The notes under the pieces are model-generated. The model was not told the DNA's origin. It saw only the letters and a list, made by a program, of their open reading frames with translations, and ran no database searches. Of a stretch of 64,000 nucleotides of DNA, positions 55,826-64,000 are shown in pieces (within the stretch, counting starts at the first letter, position 1; each line of letters opens with the position of its first letter). The position numbers and the translations under genes are program-made. Source of the stretch: a virus; the IMG/VR virus record IMGVR_UViG_3300006028_000010, positions 1 to 64,000 of that record, one strand, 5' to 3'.

Positions 55826-56116
55826 TTATTCGGTGAGTTCGCGGGCGTCGTCGGGTGCTTTATCTAAATCGGGTTCGCCGGCTGGGCAGTCGAAATGCCG
55901 GGCGAGCGCGGCTTCGAGTTCGGGGTCGTCGGACGCGACCCACGCGGGGGGTTCAGCGGCGAGCCGGGACCACAACCCGTCCCGGTGGGTGATGTTCCGC
56001 ATCCGGTCCTCGTGGGGGTCCGTGTCGGGGATGTGGATGGTGGTGATCTGCTGACCGGGTACGGTGTTGCCGTCCGGGTCGAGCGCGGCGTGGTTACCGA
56101 GGCGGACAGTGGGCAT
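55826..56116 (-). CDS. hypothetical protein
   Basis: AAGGAG RBS. Confidence 0.65.
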   Translation of the reverse strand: MPTVRLGNHAALDPDGNTVPGQQITTIHIPDTDPHEDRMRNITHRDGLWSRLAAEPPAWVASDDPELEAALARHFDCPAGEPDLDKAPDDARELTE

Positions 56117-56128
56117 AACACAACTCCT

Positions 56129-56482
56129 TTAGTGATGCGTTTCCTCGCGGTGCCGGCCGGTGGGTTCGTTGGGGGACAGTTGGTGTTTGAGCCGCAGGTC
56201 GAGGAGGCTGCTGCCCAGCCAGAGGCATTGGGTGAACCCGAAACACAGGAACGCGGCGACCCCGGCGACGGCTGGGGTGACGAGCAGCGCACCAGTTCCG
56301 AGGAGCACGTAGAGGGCGGCGGCGAACACGCGGCAGGCCACGGTGCGGACCAACCCGCGGCGCCGCACATCACCTGCCGTTTTGTTGCGTCGGATGCGGA
56401 TGAGGGTCACGGTTTGCGCGGTCAACGCGACCGTGCTGATGACGAGGAAGGCGCCGGGTGCTGCGTCGAGGGCGAAACTCAT
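56129..56482 (-). CDS. membrane protein (3 TM)
   Basis: Hydrophobic segments. Confidence 0.65.
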   Translation of the reverse strand: MSFALDAAPGAFLVISTVALTAQTVTLIRIRRNKTAGDVRRRGLVRTVACRVFAAALYVLLGTGALLVTPAVAGVAAFLCFGFTQCLWLGSSLLDLRLKHQLSPNEPTGRHREETHH

Positions 56483-56512
56483 CGGTCGGGGCCCCGCCTT
56501 CAGGCGTGGGGT

Positions 56513-56965
56513 TTATGACCGCGGGGCCTCGTCTTCGATGAGTTCCCCACCTTCGGTCATCGCGTCTTCGGCTGCCTGGGAGGCTTCGGCGTTCATCCGC
56601 ATCCGGTTGGTGACCCGCAGTTCCTCGATTTGGCGGTGCGCGATGTCCAGGTCGGTGTGGAGTGTGGCGATGATCGCGGCCATGCGGGAGTTCTCGTCGT
56701 GCGCCCTGGTCAATTGTTCGGTGAACCGGGTGCGGTCCGTGCTGGCATCGCTTTCCGCTTTTTCGAGTCTCGTGTCGAGGGCTTTCACTTGCTCTTGAAG
56801 CATGGTCACCAGCGCCGCCGCGGCGGTGATTTGGGTGGCGTCGGAGGTGGTGTTGTTCATCCGCAGTTGGGATTTGCGGGTGAACAAGAAAATGAACAGG
56901 GGCACGGAGGCTGCGAATATGGCCACCATGGAGGTGGTGAGCGCACTGGGCAGGTCGACGGTCAC
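56513..56965 (-). CDS. membrane-anchored coiled-coil protein, possibly lysis-associated
   Basis: N-terminal TM helix and heptad-rich C-terminus. Confidence 0.7.
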   Translation of the reverse strand: MTVDLPSALTTSMVAIFAASVPLFIFLFTRKSQLRMNNTTSDATQITAAAALVTMLQEQVKALDTRLEKAESDASTDRTRFTEQLTRAHDENSRMAAIIATLHTDLDIAHRQIEELRVTNRMRMNAEASQAAEDAMTEGGELIEDEAPRS

Positions 56966-57420
56966 GAACCGTGGGGGTCGAGCCGGTCACGGTCACGGCC
57001 GTCGGTGACCTGAATGTGGACACGCCCCAACAAGGAAGCGATGACACAAACATGCCCAGCGGCGGCGAGTAAACCCAACATCCCCAACCCGAGCAGGTCA
57101 CCGACAACATAAATTCCGCTGCCTAGGGTGATGAGCACTAGCCCGACAACCTCGTAGAGAGGGTCGTTACGCCAAATCCCCCACAGTTTGGTCACGCTAC
57201 CAACGGTCCACGCCGCCCCCAGGATACGAACGTCGGCGCCGCCGCCCACGTTGGTGAACGCGCGAGAAACGTCCTCACCGAGGATCATGGCGATGATTCC
57301 GATGGGGCCCAGGATGATGGGGGTGGTTAACCCGGCTTGGTGGTCAACCCAGGCGCGGATGAAACGCGGCACCCAGCCCCGGATCCTGCCGCCGGTGCTC
57401 AAAGGGTGTTCCCCGCGCAT
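56962..57420 (-). CDS. 4-TM membrane protein (holin-like)
   Basis: Four hydrophobic segments. Confidence 0.65.
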   Translation of the reverse strand: MRGEHPLSTGGRIRGWVPRFIRAWVDHQAGLTTPIILGPIGIIAMILGEDVSRAFTNVGGGADVRILGAAWTVGSVTKLWGIWRNDPLYEVVGLVLITLGSGIYVVGDLLGLGMLGLLAAAGHVCVIASLLGRVHIQVTDGRDRDRLDPHGS

Positions 57421-58487
57421 TGGTGCCCGTTGTGGCTGGTCACTAATTTGTCAACGACCTCAGTTAAGGAGTCCACTCTGGCTTGTTCGATCCCTAACGC
57501 TGTCCACAACACGCGGACCATTCCCGCGGTTTGGTCCGCACCTGACGGCTGCCGGGTAGTGCGGTTACCGTCTTTGTTGGCTATCGGGGAGTAGGTGCGG
57601 TAGGGGCCGAACCCGGATACTGTGACTTCGGATCGGCGGGGTTCAACCAACAGGGCGGGAAGGTCTTTGCGTACGGCTTTGACGAGCCACCACACGTCGA
57701 TGTTTCCGGGACCGTCAGCGAAAATACGGAAACGACCCCCGGTGGGGTAGGTGGCGGAGAGGACGGGGGTGTCGATCACGTCTCGTACCGTGCGATCGGG
57801 TGGGGCTGTCGCGGTGAGATGCACCGACCGGTTCCCGGTTTCGGTGAGGGATTCGAAATAGGGGGGCAGCGCAACATCTACGAAACCGCCGGTGAGGGTC
57901 GCGGCACCCCAGTATTCAACCCCGTTATGCGGCGCCTCGGTGCAGGCGTGCACCAGCCAACGCTGCGAATCGGTGGGGTGGTCAACAACAAACCCTTTAG
58001 GACCGGCGGGTCCAACGGGGCCCACAGGACCAACAGGACCCTGCACCTGGGGGAACACATTCCCGAAGTGGTTTCCGTGACTATCCCCGAAGATGACCCC
58101 GTCTACCACATCGCCGTGATGGATACCCACAGTGTGACCATTGAAATAATACCAATCACCGGTTACTCCGACATCACCGTGGTGGGTGCCGAAGGTGGCC
58201 CCGTTCACATTATTTGCGGTGACGGAGTCCGCTTGCACGGCCCGATAGTTCGAGCCGGACTCGTCCATAACATGCAGCGTGCCTTCACGCATATTGAGGG
58301 CGACGTCGTGGCCTTGCGCGGCGAGTAGCGGGGTCGCCGATGTGGGATCGAGCGCGAGAATGTTCCCCGACGGGTCACGCAGCGCTGGCTGCCCGTGACT
58401 CACCGCCCGCGACAAATCCGCCTGGTTCTGCGCGAGCCGCTTGATGTGGTCCAGTGTGGACGTGTCAATTTCGGGGTGCGCGCCCAT
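57399..58487 (-). CDS. minor tail/fibre protein with His-Gly repeats, short collagen-like stretch and chaperone-like C-terminal domain
   Basis: HHGD repeats; GPVGPVGPVGPAGP; KGFVVDHP...LVHAC.E.P..GVEYWG. Confidence 0.75.
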   Translation of the reverse strand: MGAHPEIDTSTLDHIKRLAQNQADLSRAVSHGQPALRDPSGNILALDPTSATPLLAAQGHDVALNMREGTLHVMDESGSNYRAVQADSVTANNVNGATFGTHHGDVGVTGDWYYFNGHTVGIHHGDVVDGVIFGDSHGNHFGNVFPQVQGPVGPVGPVGPAGPKGFVVDHPTDSQRWLVHACTEAPHNGVEYWGAATLTGGFVDVALPPYFESLTETGNRSVHLTATAPPDRTVRDVIDTPVLSATYPTGGRFRIFADGPGNIDVWWLVKAVRKDLPALLVEPRRSEVTVSGFGPYRTYSPIANKDGNRTTRQPSGADQTAGMVRVLWTALGIEQARVDSLTEVVDKLVTSHNGHQCAGNTL

Positions 58488-58502
58488 AGGTTCCCTTCTC
58501 CC

Positions 58503-61010
58503 CTATAGTGATTCTGTGCTGGCCAGGGACACCCACGGGCTGGCGTCACCCGAGACTTCGGTGATCCGCCGGGTGTACACGTCGGGAATGATGATCGGGT
58601 GCCGCCTAATATCGAGCAGCATGGAATCACCCACCCGATAGGAGCCGAGGCCGGGTTCACCGTCGGCGCGGGTTTTCACCGTCCATTTGTCAACGGGTAG
58701 CGTGTACCGCGCCAGTGAGGCCCGCGCGTAGGAGTCCAACGCGGCTGGGTCGGCCACCGAACTTTGGGAGGTGTCGACCTCTTCCAACGCGGGGAACCCT
58801 TGATCCACCAACTGGTTGTCCACCCACCAAGACATCAGTTTCTTCTCGTCTTGTCCCGAGCCGGGGACGAACAGCATGCTGGCCATTCGGGCGGCGTCAA
58901 TGTCTTGGCTGATCAACGAATTGGAATCGTCGAAAACCCAGGGATCGCTGGTCGACCCAAGGTGCGGGTTGCCGATGTTGAGTTCCCACGCCACATACAG
59001 CCCGTCGCGCCCGGTTTGCAGATAGGGGTCCAAGCGAAAATCTGGGCCGTCTTCTAATGTGACGATGCTGTTGATCGCTTCGGTGGCTGTGACGGTGTCG
59101 AACCCTTGGAAGAATCGGGTGACCGATCCTTGGGTTGAGGGTGGGTTGCTGCACGTGATGGGCAGTTCCCGCCCGGTGCGCCACCACGTGGTTCCCGGGA
59201 TTTGTGAGGTGGCCGAATCGATGATCTGTTTGACCATGTCGCCGGGGCTGGTGGGTCCCAGGCTTAACGACCCGGCGGGGTCCGTCAGGACGCGCTTATC
59301 GAAAATGCGGGCCAGCTCGGAGGCGCCGATATCGATTTTCGGGGTGTCCCCCGGGATGGTGCCCGGCAGGTAGGGGCCGGCGAACACGACAGCGTTGCCC
59401 CACACCAGGACCAGCGAGATCCGGTAGGGGCCGGTCAGGACTTCCCGGAGGGTGGCCCTCGGATCGATCGACCCGGTGGCCGCGATCTGGTCCAAGGCGT
59501 CTTCGATGACCAGGGATGCGCGTAGCTGCCCGACCGCGTTGATCGGGGTGTTCCATTGGATCGACTCGAAGGGTAGTTCCCACCCGATGCGCCCGGTGCG
59601 GGTGTCCGCCGCGTAAAGCCGGTACTGCGGGGTTTGCACCGGGTGGTAGACGCTGCCAGCGGGGGTGACCAAAGCCGGTCGGTAAGAGTCCGCGTTGGCA
59701 ACAAGCCGGGATGAGACGACCAGGAGTACGAGGTCCGAACCGCCGCCTACCAAATATGGGCCGATGACAGTGAATTGCGCGGCAGCGCGCAGCGTAGCCG
59801 CTACCGCCGGAACAGTCCCACCGGAAGTTAATACGGTGATGCTGCGCAGATTCGCGGCCCCAGCCCAGGTGGTGAACAACGTACCCGCGAACCCCGACTG
59901 GGCGTTAAGTTGCGCACCAACCGGGATGAACCCGAACCCGACAATCCCCAGGCTTGAGGTCGCGGCCAATCCGCCGCCCGCCTTGGCGGGTGTTAACAAC
60001 CCGGTGGTGACCAGTTGGGAATTCGCCAGCAGCGCGGTCGGGGGTGTCGTCAACCCGCTGAACAAAGACGTGGCGCTCAAGGTGGCCTGGGACACCGCGT
60101 AATACGTCAGCGCCGCGCCCAGATTAGAGCTGGTCACCAACGTTGCCGCGGCTACAGGTACCGCCGCGCCGGCAACAAGGTTGGATTGCCCCGCTAACGT
60201 GGCCGTCAGGAGCTGGGTAGGTGCCGACGCGGATATGTTCGATGTCGCCGCCAGCGTTGCTGCCCCGGCCGGAAGTGACGCCCCCACCGTCAATGACGAT
60301 GCGGCAGCCAGCGTCGCCACACCGACCGCGGCGGCCGTGGGCAGAATCTCTAAAGCGGCGGTGTTGCTCTTGTCCGCGGTGGGCCACGTGCCACCGAACG
60401 ACGGGGACGTGCCCACCGCAGCTGACGTGGTGGCGCTAGCCGAACGCCACGCCACAAGCCGTACCGTGTCAGTCGTGTCGTTATAGTCACCACTCGCGAC
60501 AATGGTAGTAGCCGCATTAGGGGTCAGCGCCTCATTGATCGAACAGTTATCCGAGATCCCATAAACCCACGACCCGGTAACTGTCAGCGGGACAGTGAGC
60601 GCCCCATTAGTGGTGCCCGTCGCATCAACCCGTGTGTTAGAACCCGCGCCCGCCTGGCTACTAGCCGCGCCCGTAAGCACCCGAACGGCCAGCATCCGCC
60701 CGCCACCAAGATTGGTGAACGTCGCGGACACCGTCATCGCACCCGGCGCGGTAGTCAGATAACGCGTGAATATTTTGGCGACACCACGCGCGGCACTCGC
60801 TGTGCCCTGCGCATTAGGCCCCGCGGTCCACGTGCCCCCAACGGAGTCCGTGACCGAAGCATCCATGAGGCTGCCGCTGCCCCAACCACCAGCGACCAAA
60901 GCGACCAACAGTGACTGCGCGGGGGGCGTGAACGACGCGGTGGTACACGCCCCCGACGTGCCAGTAACCGGGACAGGCGCCGGGGTTGATGCGTCTTCGG
61001 CGATAGCCAC
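58503..61010 (-). CDS. minor tail (baseplate hub-like) protein fused to an N-terminal beta domain and ATL.A.S.L repeats
   Basis: C-terminal ~370 aa YRLY.ADTRTG....ELP...W...N..G...GPDFR..P typical of actinophage minor tail proteins. Confidence 0.8.
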   Translation of the reverse strand: MAIAEDASTPAPVPVTGTSGACTTASFTPPAQSLLVALVAGGWGSGSLMDASVTDSVGGTWTAGPNAQGTASAARGVAKIFTRYLTTAPGAMTVSATFTNLGGGRMLAVRVLTGAASSQAGAGSNTRVDATGTTNGALTVPLTVTGSWVYGISDNCSINEALTPNAATTIVASGDYNDTTDTVRLVAWRSASATTSAAVGTSPSFGGTWPTADKSNTAALEILPTAAAVGVATLAAASSLTVGASLPAGAATLAATSNISASAPTQLLTATLAGQSNLVAGAAVPVAAATLVTSSNLGAALTYYAVSQATLSATSLFSGLTTPPTALLANSQLVTTGLLTPAKAGGGLAATSSLGIVGFGFIPVGAQLNAQSGFAGTLFTTWAGAANLRSITVLTSGGTVPAVAATLRAAAQFTVIGPYLVGGGSDLVLLVVSSRLVANADSYRPALVTPAGSVYHPVQTPQYRLYAADTRTGRIGWELPFESIQWNTPINAVGQLRASLVIEDALDQIAATGSIDPRATLREVLTGPYRISLVLVWGNAVVFAGPYLPGTIPGDTPKIDIGASELARIFDKRVLTDPAGSLSLGPTSPGDMVKQIIDSATSQIPGTTWWRTGRELPITCSNPPSTQGSVTRFFQGFDTVTATEAINSIVTLEDGPDFRLDPYLQTGRDGLYVAWELNIGNPHLGSTSDPWVFDDSNSLISQDIDAARMASMLFVPGSGQDEKKLMSWWVDNQLVDQGFPALEEVDTSQSSVADPAALDSYARASLARYTLPVDKWTVKTRADGEPGLGSYRVGDSMLLDIRRHPIIIPDVYTRRITEVSGDASPWVSLASTESL

Positions 61011-61141
61011 CCGCCCGCCACCACCTCACCTCAACCAGTTACGGGCGGTGACACCTTCGCACGGGTGACAACGTCACATGTTTGCGTTGCTCCACGAGGC
61101 TTGACGCAAACACGCAGGTCAAACCAGACAATCGGCGCATA

Positions 61142-61555
61142 CTAGGTGAAACTGGCGACGAGCGCCCCTATGGCAAAGCTAAGCGTGTCACCGGCGGCGG
61201 TTATACGGGGAGTAGTCAACGCTCCGAACCATTCCCGGCGCGGGGTGGCCCCGTTGTCGTAAACCTCGACACCTTGCACACCAGGTGAGCCAACGGCGGG
61301 CATCCCGGTGAAGTTGATCGCCGCGACGTTCGAGTTACTCAACGACGCAGCCGAGGCCATCGTGAACGCTTGCCGCGCGTAGGAGCCGCCAGTGACTTCG
61401 GTGCCGGCCGTGGTGGTTGTGCCCACGGTGCTGCTCAGAGCGAGCCGCATCCCGGAGGTGCCGCCCCCGCCGGTGAGGCTGGGTGCGGTGTAGGTGGCGA
61501 CCCCGAAGCTCGCGTCTAGTAGCCGGTTGCCTTCGGTGGTGGTCAACGCTGCCAT
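61142..61555 (-). CDS. small phage tail-fibre-associated protein
   Basis: N.LLD...LAL....GTEVTGGSYARQ...F...GAL......GDTLSF..GAL. Confidence 0.75.
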   Translation of the reverse strand: MAALTTTEGNRLLDASFGVATYTAPSLTGGGGTSGMRLALSSTVGTTTTAGTEVTGGSYARQAFTMASAASLSNSNVAAINFTGMPAVGSPGVQGVEVYDNGATPRREWFGALTTPRITAAGDTLSFAIGALVASFT

Positions 61556-61882
61556 TTACTTGTCGTCCCTTCCCGGCGGGTCATGGCGCCGCTTTTCTTC
61601 CGCGTCTTTCTTCGCCTGGGCGTGCTGCAACAGGTGCAGCCGCAGCTGGTGCCCGGTGCGGCCTTCGGCGCCGTGGATCGCGACTTGGATGTCTTCCCAC
61701 CCGGGCTGCTGGGAGATGACGTAGCAGTCGTGGTGCCAGTAGATGGGTGGGGCGTCCAGCGCACCGGTGATGAGTTTGGGGTGGTTGTCTCGTTGCCCGC
61801 AGGCGATGCAGGTCCGTTCCAGTGCCCCCACCCACGCGGGCACCAGCTCGTTGGGGGGAGGCTTTTCGATAGCGTCGGTCAT
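61556..61882 (-). CDS. hypothetical protein with Cys/His motif
   Basis: R.CIACGQ.DNHPK...HHDC. Confidence 0.65.
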   Translation of the reverse strand: MTDAIEKPPPNELVPAWVGALERTCIACGQRDNHPKLITGALDAPPIYWHHDCYVISQQPGWEDIQVAIHGAEGRTGHQLRLHLLQHAQAKKDAEEKRRHDPPGRDDK

Positions 61883-63054
61883 TACAAAAGCTCCATTTCC
61901 CCGGTGATACTCAAAATTCCGGCCTGCGGGTAGTTACCCGAGATGTAGGGGATGCCGGTACCCGTGAATTGGGATGATGTCGACGCGACTTGGTAGTAGC
62001 CGAGACGGCAGTCGCTGGACGAGAACGGGTACTGCGGGTACATCAGGTTCCCGGATGCGAAGATGACCGCGTCGCCAACCCACCGGGTGGTGTTGGTGGC
62101 CACATACAGCCAGGTGTGCAGGTGGGTTTCTTGTTTGGCGAACGCCCCCGCGGGTAGGAGTGTGAATACCGCGCCCCATCCCATGTTGTAGGGGGAGTTG
62201 CCCCAGTCGAAGAAGTAGTTGAGTCGCAGTGTTTTACCGACGGTTTGGTAACGGGCCACGGTTACCGCGCCGGACCCGAGGCTGCAAATTTTGGTGAGGT
62301 CGACTGCGCTGCCCGGCCCGCTGGGCTGGTAGTAGAGGGACGGGGTGAAACTGGACCATCCGGTGAGCGACACGATAGGCACCCACGCCTGTGCGGTGCC
62401 CTCCCACCCTTCGTAGGCGAGGGTGGTGAGGTTGTACCGCATTTGCCCCGGGTAGCCGCCTTGGCGGGTGTCGATTGATGTTGCTGGGTAGATGCCGCCG
62501 CGGGCGGTGGCGTACACCCTGCGACCGGAGATGTCGCTGGTCAAGATTTGGGTGGTGGCTGCCCGGACAGTGACCGCGGCCAGCAGGAAATCGCCTTCGG
62601 TGAGCAGCCCGGTGGGTTCCGCCGGGGTTGATGAGGGGGTGCCCTGAAGGATGACGATGTCCGCGGTGCGTGTCGGGGCGGGGGTGTCCACGTCACCGTC
62701 GCGGATGCGGATCACCACGTAGTCGATGCGCGGGTTGGAGGCGTTAGCGGTGGCGAACGTGATCGGAACAGGTGAGGTGATCGCACCCAGGTACACGCCC
62801 CGGTAGGAGCGGGCGATCATGTAGTTGCCGAAGTTGACTTGGGCGCCCATGTTCGCGGTGGGGGTGTTCGCCGTGACCTGGCAGTCGGTGATGGTGCCGT
62901 TGCTGGTTTGGGTGGGGAAAATACCCGAGCCGAAACCGAACGAGCCGCCACCGGGCAGCCCCTGGCTTAACCCGCCGAGCGCGATCCGCCAGTCGTCGGT
63001 TGTGTTGCCTATCCCGTTAGTGACATCCTTGTGCACGGCGACGGGATCCGTCAT
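61882..63054 (-). CDS. minor tail protein
   Basis: A...NPRID.VV.RI.D...GTP...PA.P...LA.V.V.A; start at MTDPVAV. Confidence 0.8.
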   Translation of the reverse strand: MTDPVAVHKDVTNGIGNTTDDWRIALGGLSQGLPGGGSFGFGSGIFPTQTSNGTITDCQVTANTPTANMGAQVNFGNYMIARSYRGVYLGAITSPVPITFATANASNPRIDYVVIRIRDGDVDTPAPTRTADIVILQGTPSSTPAEPTGLLTEGDFLLAAVTVRAATTQILTSDISGRRVYATARGGIYPATSIDTRQGGYPGQMRYNLTTLAYEGWEGTAQAWVPIVSLTGWSSFTPSLYYQPSGPGSAVDLTKICSLGSGAVTVARYQTVGKTLRLNYFFDWGNSPYNMGWGAVFTLLPAGAFAKQETHLHTWLYVATNTTRWVGDAVIFASGNLMYPQYPFSSSDCRLGYYQVASTSSQFTGTGIPYISGNYPQAGILSITGEMELL

Positions 63055-63074
63055 TTGGGATAAATTGGAAATTG

Positions 63075-63674
63075 TCAAGCCCCCATCCTGGCCCCCTTGC
63101 GCTGGTTGCACACCAGGTGAGCCAATTGGACGTTATGTAGCGCGTGAACGCCGCCGCGAGTCAACGGAGTAATATGATCTAGTGTTGGACTTAGCGGGTG
63201 TGTGTACTTTACGCCTTTTTGTACAGGCTCCCCGCACAACTGGCAGATCCAGTTATCACGACGACACACGTCTATCCGAGAAAACGTAGCCATCTCGATA
63301 CGATAACCCGTACGCCGTTTATACCCGTTGCGTCGTGTTAGTTCCTTAACAATATCATGATTGTCAGCACGGTAACGCGCCTCTCGTCGGAGAATCATCT
63401 CACGCCCAGGCCCTAGCCTACGCGCTTTCTGTGTACATGAATTGCTGCAAAACCTACGGTTACGCTGGACACCCGCGGGAAGCATTCGGTCACAGCCAGT
63501 GCGTTCACAACTCCGAGCGGTTGAAGAGTCCCCTCGCGCTCTGCGTTCACATCTTAAGCCGACGACATGATGTTTACATGCGCGTGAACAATAAATCTTG
63601 TCAGAACGATTAGGTATAAAACGCTTGCCGCAACGTGTATCCGCGCAAGCGCGCGGGGTATGTATAATCGCCAC
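63075..63674 (-). CDS. free-standing HNH homing endonuclease with N-terminal zinc-finger repeats
   Basis: CGK.F...YCSRAC; FCSNSC; RDNWICQLCG...TLDHITPL.RGG.H...NVQLAHLVCNQRK; visibly AT-richer than its neighbours. Confidence 0.9.
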   Translation of the reverse strand: MAIIHTPRACADTRCGKRFIPNRSDKIYCSRACKHHVVGLRCERRARGDSSTARSCERTGCDRMLPAGVQRNRRFCSNSCTQKARRLGPGREMILRREARYRADNHDIVKELTRRNGYKRRTGYRIEMATFSRIDVCRRDNWICQLCGEPVQKGVKYTHPLSPTLDHITPLTRGGVHALHNVQLAHLVCNQRKGARMGA

Positions 63675-63735
63675 TGTCTGACCTGCCTCACAGGTTGGGC
63701 CACGCCCCCGGACGGTTGCGCCCGTCGCGGGGGTC
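63672..63735 (-). promoter_or_regulatory. structured 5' leader, copy 2
   Basis: GACCCCCGCGACGGGCGCAACCGTCCGGGGGCGTGGCC...ACCTG-TGAGG-CAGGT..GTG. Confidence 0.65.
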
Positions 63736-63765
63736 CGTTTAATCTACGCAGCATACAGTAAATGA

Positions 63766-64000
63766 TTAGTACCAAGCTGAGCGCACGGACGCGACGAGCA
63801 CGGCGGTGGACAGCGCGGACGCTGTGATTTGGTAGGTCGCGATGTCCTGCGGGTCGATTTGTGGCCAGTCGCCGTTGCGGACGACTTGGGACCACACGTT
63901 GGTGGCCCCGTTGAGGAGGGCGCTGTGCCCTGGTTGGCCCCGTTGTGGGAATTCGTCGCAGTTGATGGTGAGTACGTCACCGGCGAGTAGGGACCCGATG
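63766..64000 (-). CDS. 3' end of a distal tail (Dit-like) protein
   Basis: L.AGDVLTINC...W..I.P...VRSAWY-stop, a typical Dit C-terminus; 5' end outside the window. Confidence 0.65.
   Translation of the reverse strand, partial: IGSLLAGDVLTINCDEFPQRGQPGHSALLNGATNVWSQVVRNGDWPQIDPQDIATYQITASALSTAVLVASVRSAWY

Larger units (their letters stand above)
1..64000. mobile_element. temperate actinobacteriophage (siphovirus-like) genome segment
   Basis: Tail, lysis, integration, immunity and replication modules in phage order; no host housekeeping genes. Confidence 0.9.

Noticed and set aside
63075-63765. Group I intron carrying the HNH
   Set aside because: Flanking genes appear complete (the Dit-like gene ends in SAWY-stop and the next has its own start) and no intron core elements were recognised, so it is called free-standing

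Overview
High-GC actinobacterial temperate siphophage genome segment, apparently in its non-integrated form: an intact attP carrying the 3' half of a tRNA-Asn lies at ~37.26 kb with phage genes on both sides. Two SsgA and two WhiB homologues suggest a filamentous, sporulating actinomycete host. Layout: (i) 1-4.9 kb accessory genes, including an HNH-SF2 helicase fusion; (ii) ~4.9-22.8 kb, a plasmid/AICE-like block (Lsr2, PP2C-like protein, HTH replication initiator with internal palindromic iterons, HTH-NUDIX, WhiB, SsgA, VirD4/TraG-like coupling protein, Spd-like membrane protein, TraB/FtsK translocase followed by a clt-like repeat cluster, Xer-like recombinase with a dif-like site); (iii) 22.8-35.8 kb, leftward phage early genes (ECF sigma, SsgA, DnaB, initiator, HNH, RusA-like, MTase, WhiB, RecT/RecE-like, Xis, Cro); (iv) 36.1-40 kb, repressor, attP, BRO-GIY-YIG and integrase; (v) 40-64 kb, leftward late genes with lysis genes, minor tail proteins and a ~12.6-kb block of fibre-like genes built from recurring short terminal peptide motifs, paralogous small proteins and ~21-aa repeat scaffolds. 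Best candidates for undescribed biology: a phage carrying its own Streptomyces-type conjugation and second replication system, a putative plug-and-socket virion appendage system, and a covarying structured 5' leader shared by two unrelated nuclease genes. All calls come from manual motif recognition; no database searches were run.
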